This document shows positions 34,067-34,653 of a DNA stretch of 34,653 bases, one piece after another. A program made the position numbers and the translations under genes. The stretch is from Octopus bimaculoides (lineage: Eukaryota). Numbering within the stretch: position 1 is the stretch's first letter; the number at the start of each line of letters is the position of its first letter. The stretch covers positions 98,029,623 through 98,064,275 of the forward strand of contig NC_068985.1 of the NCBI RefSeq assembly GCF_001194135.2. Direction: 5' to 3'. A model generated the notes under the pieces. The model saw only the letters and a list, made by a program, of their open reading frames with translations, was not told the origin of the DNA and did not search any database.

Positions 34067-34332
34067 CGCTTTATGTAAAGTAAAATCCTTTTGCTCAAAA
34101 ATACATCACTGCTAATTGTAAATTCAAACTTCAGCATAGAAACAGTCAAGTACTTTAGCCACTTGATCATCCTGTCTTTGCTGCTGGCACCTACTTCAAG
34201 CTATCAACTTGCTAGAAGTAACAGCGGAATCTCCTTTCAAACTCTAATGTCACATGTGTAATCATGTGGTGTAGGGCAATATAGCTCTCAGACTAAGAAC
34301 CCTTGTAACCTGTTCTGGGATATAACTGCAGT

Positions 34333-34575
34333 TTAACCCTTCAGCATTTAGATTACTCTGTCAAATGTAACATTTATTCAGATTGTTTTGAATTAATCAT
34401 GTACTATCTTGTAGCTTCAAAATTTTGGTGATGTGATTGCATATTTTTAGAATGACATTAAAGGGTAGGTGTAAAAGGCCACATCTGGCCAGTTTTAACA
34501 TAAATCAGAGAATATTTGGATTGGATATGACTGATCTAAAGCTACTTACCACACAGCCACTCCTGTACCTATAGG
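34333..34575. mobile_element. P1 piggyBac-like MITE (34333-about 34540) truncated by a family A head on the minus strand
   Basis: TTAACCCTTCAGCATTTAGATTACTCTGTC start; AAGCTACTTACCACACAGCCACTCC at about 34540-34563. Confidence 0.75.
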
Positions 34576-34653
34576 TGAATAATATGGTGAGCATTTAGTA
34601 AGTATAGTATGCCAGGGTATGAAAACTTCTGACGTCTTCAGCATCATCATCAC

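Noticed and set aside
33729-34115. 128-aa ORF and its paralogue at 22411-22662
   Set aside because: Both lie antisense within family D repeat copies, with no protein motif.

Overview
AT-rich eukaryotic genomic DNA from a short-read scaffold (4 N-gaps). It is saturated with tRNA-derived SINEs, MITEs and (AC)n/(AT)n/(AAT)n/(CT)n microsatellites. From recall of these repeat sequences it looks like an octopus (coleoid cephalopod) genome; this is inference and no database was searched. No complete gene, RNA gene or CRISPR array is supported, and almost all ORFs in the supplied track are gap, microsatellite or repeat artefacts. Two protein remnants are recognisable: a mariner transposase C-terminus (22659-22862, minus) and a frameshifted Tx1/L1-clade LINE ORF2 C-terminus (19559-19902, minus). 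The best host-gene candidate is a 107-nt + strand exon (24865-24971), with several weaker microexon candidates; the window is probably mostly intron or intergenic. I use window-local labels for repeat families: A (head GGAGTGGCTGTGTGGTAAG), B (core GTCGACTTTGCCTTTCATCC), C (head GGAGGCGCAATGGCCCAGTGG), D ((GAT)n-tailed, RTE-like) and E (CTGCTAGAAATAGCAGCCAAATC). The most interesting structures are: (1) a SINE-B/Tx1-LINE chimera plus a TSD-bounded SINE-B carrying a Tx1-like 3' tail, suggesting tail swapping; (2) a head-to-tail retroposon stack joined by (AAT)n tracts; (3) a 540-bp templated insertion into a SINE with inverted filler DNA; (4) a perfect 58-bp inverted repeat. I found no evidence for a new multi-gene biological system.
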